Positions 42,961 to 43,191 of a DNA stretch of 43,191 nt are shown piece by piece. The position numbers and the translations under genes are program-made. The notes beneath the pieces were generated by a model. It worked only from the letters and a program-made list of their open reading frames with translations. It made no database searches and was not told the origin of the DNA. The stretch is from IMG/VR virus record IMGVR_UViG_3300028859_000002. One strand, given 5' to 3'. This DNA comes from a virus. Position 1 is the stretch's first letter; each line of letters begins with the position of its first letter.

Positions 42961-43191
42961 TCATGACTTAATGGCAGCCTCAAGAGCGAGCGCTTCGGGC
43001 ACAACACCAACGAGTGAATTCGCGAGCGGAAAAGCGGCAGCTAAAATAGCTTGGGCTTTTGCACTTGAGAAACTTAAGTCGGTGACAAAAATTTCTGCCG
43101 CCTCTACCAGGTCGGCTGGAACTTTTTCAATCGCTGCAATTTCAGCACCGAGTTGTCCTGCAAGCGGCACAAAGGATGTCACTTGAGGAAT
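42961..43191 (-). CDS. 3' part of the junction-spanning gene (same gene as 1-250)
   Basis: The frame enters from the window end, which is the repeat copy of 1-127, and stops at 42961-42963. Confidence 0.7.
   Translation of the reverse strand: MPQVTSFVPLAGQLGAEIAAIEKVPADLVEAAEIFVTDLSFSSAKAQAILAAAFPLANSLVGVVPEALALEAAIKS
43065..43191. repeat. Terminal direct repeat, copy 2 of 2
   Basis: Identical to bases 1-127. Confidence 0.95.

Overview
The window is a complete, circularly closed tailed-phage genome with podovirus-like architecture, about 43.06 kb unique. Bases 1-127 are identical to 43065-43191, which looks like an assembler overlap, and one gene reads across that junction.

There are five transcription blocks:
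1. Minus-strand late block, 26717 down to 1 and across the junction to 42961. It holds terS, terL, an inserted HTH-cupin-membrane cassette, portal, a Bbp19-like gene, scaffold, major capsid, a Bbp16-like cement protein, and small connector genes. It continues with T7 gp11/gp12-like tail tubular A and B and three internal (ejection) proteins, one a 2326-aa polyvalent giant. It ends with two fibre/spike genes, then a membrane protein, a DUF5675-like enzyme and the junction gene.
2. Plus-strand early block, 27334-32716. About 20 tiny, translationally coupled ORFan genes, including Zn-ribbon mini-proteins, membrane micropeptides and one XRE HTH.
3. Minus-strand replication block, 37172 down to 32823. 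Cro/YdaS-like HTH, SF2 helicase, VRR-NUC nuclease, and a Toprim primase fused to a VirE/D5-type NTPase.
4. Plus-strand recombination block, 37208-41342. YqaJ-type exonuclease and RecT, followed by an odd accessory islet: a GC-rich, codon-monotone (Gly-X)50 repeat gene, a 65-aa helical protein, a GC-rich untranslated structured segment ending in a terminator, and a SEC-C-motif mini-protein.
5. Minus-strand cassette behind two terminators, 42786 down to 41339. It looks like a lysis or envelope module: TM/coiled-coil protein, an overlapping lipoprotein, and a signal-peptide His-rich hydrolase.

I recognised no tRNA, rRNA, CRISPR array, integrase, reverse transcriptase, DNA polymerase or RNA polymerase. 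All functional calls come from motif reading and remembered family patterns. No database search was possible.
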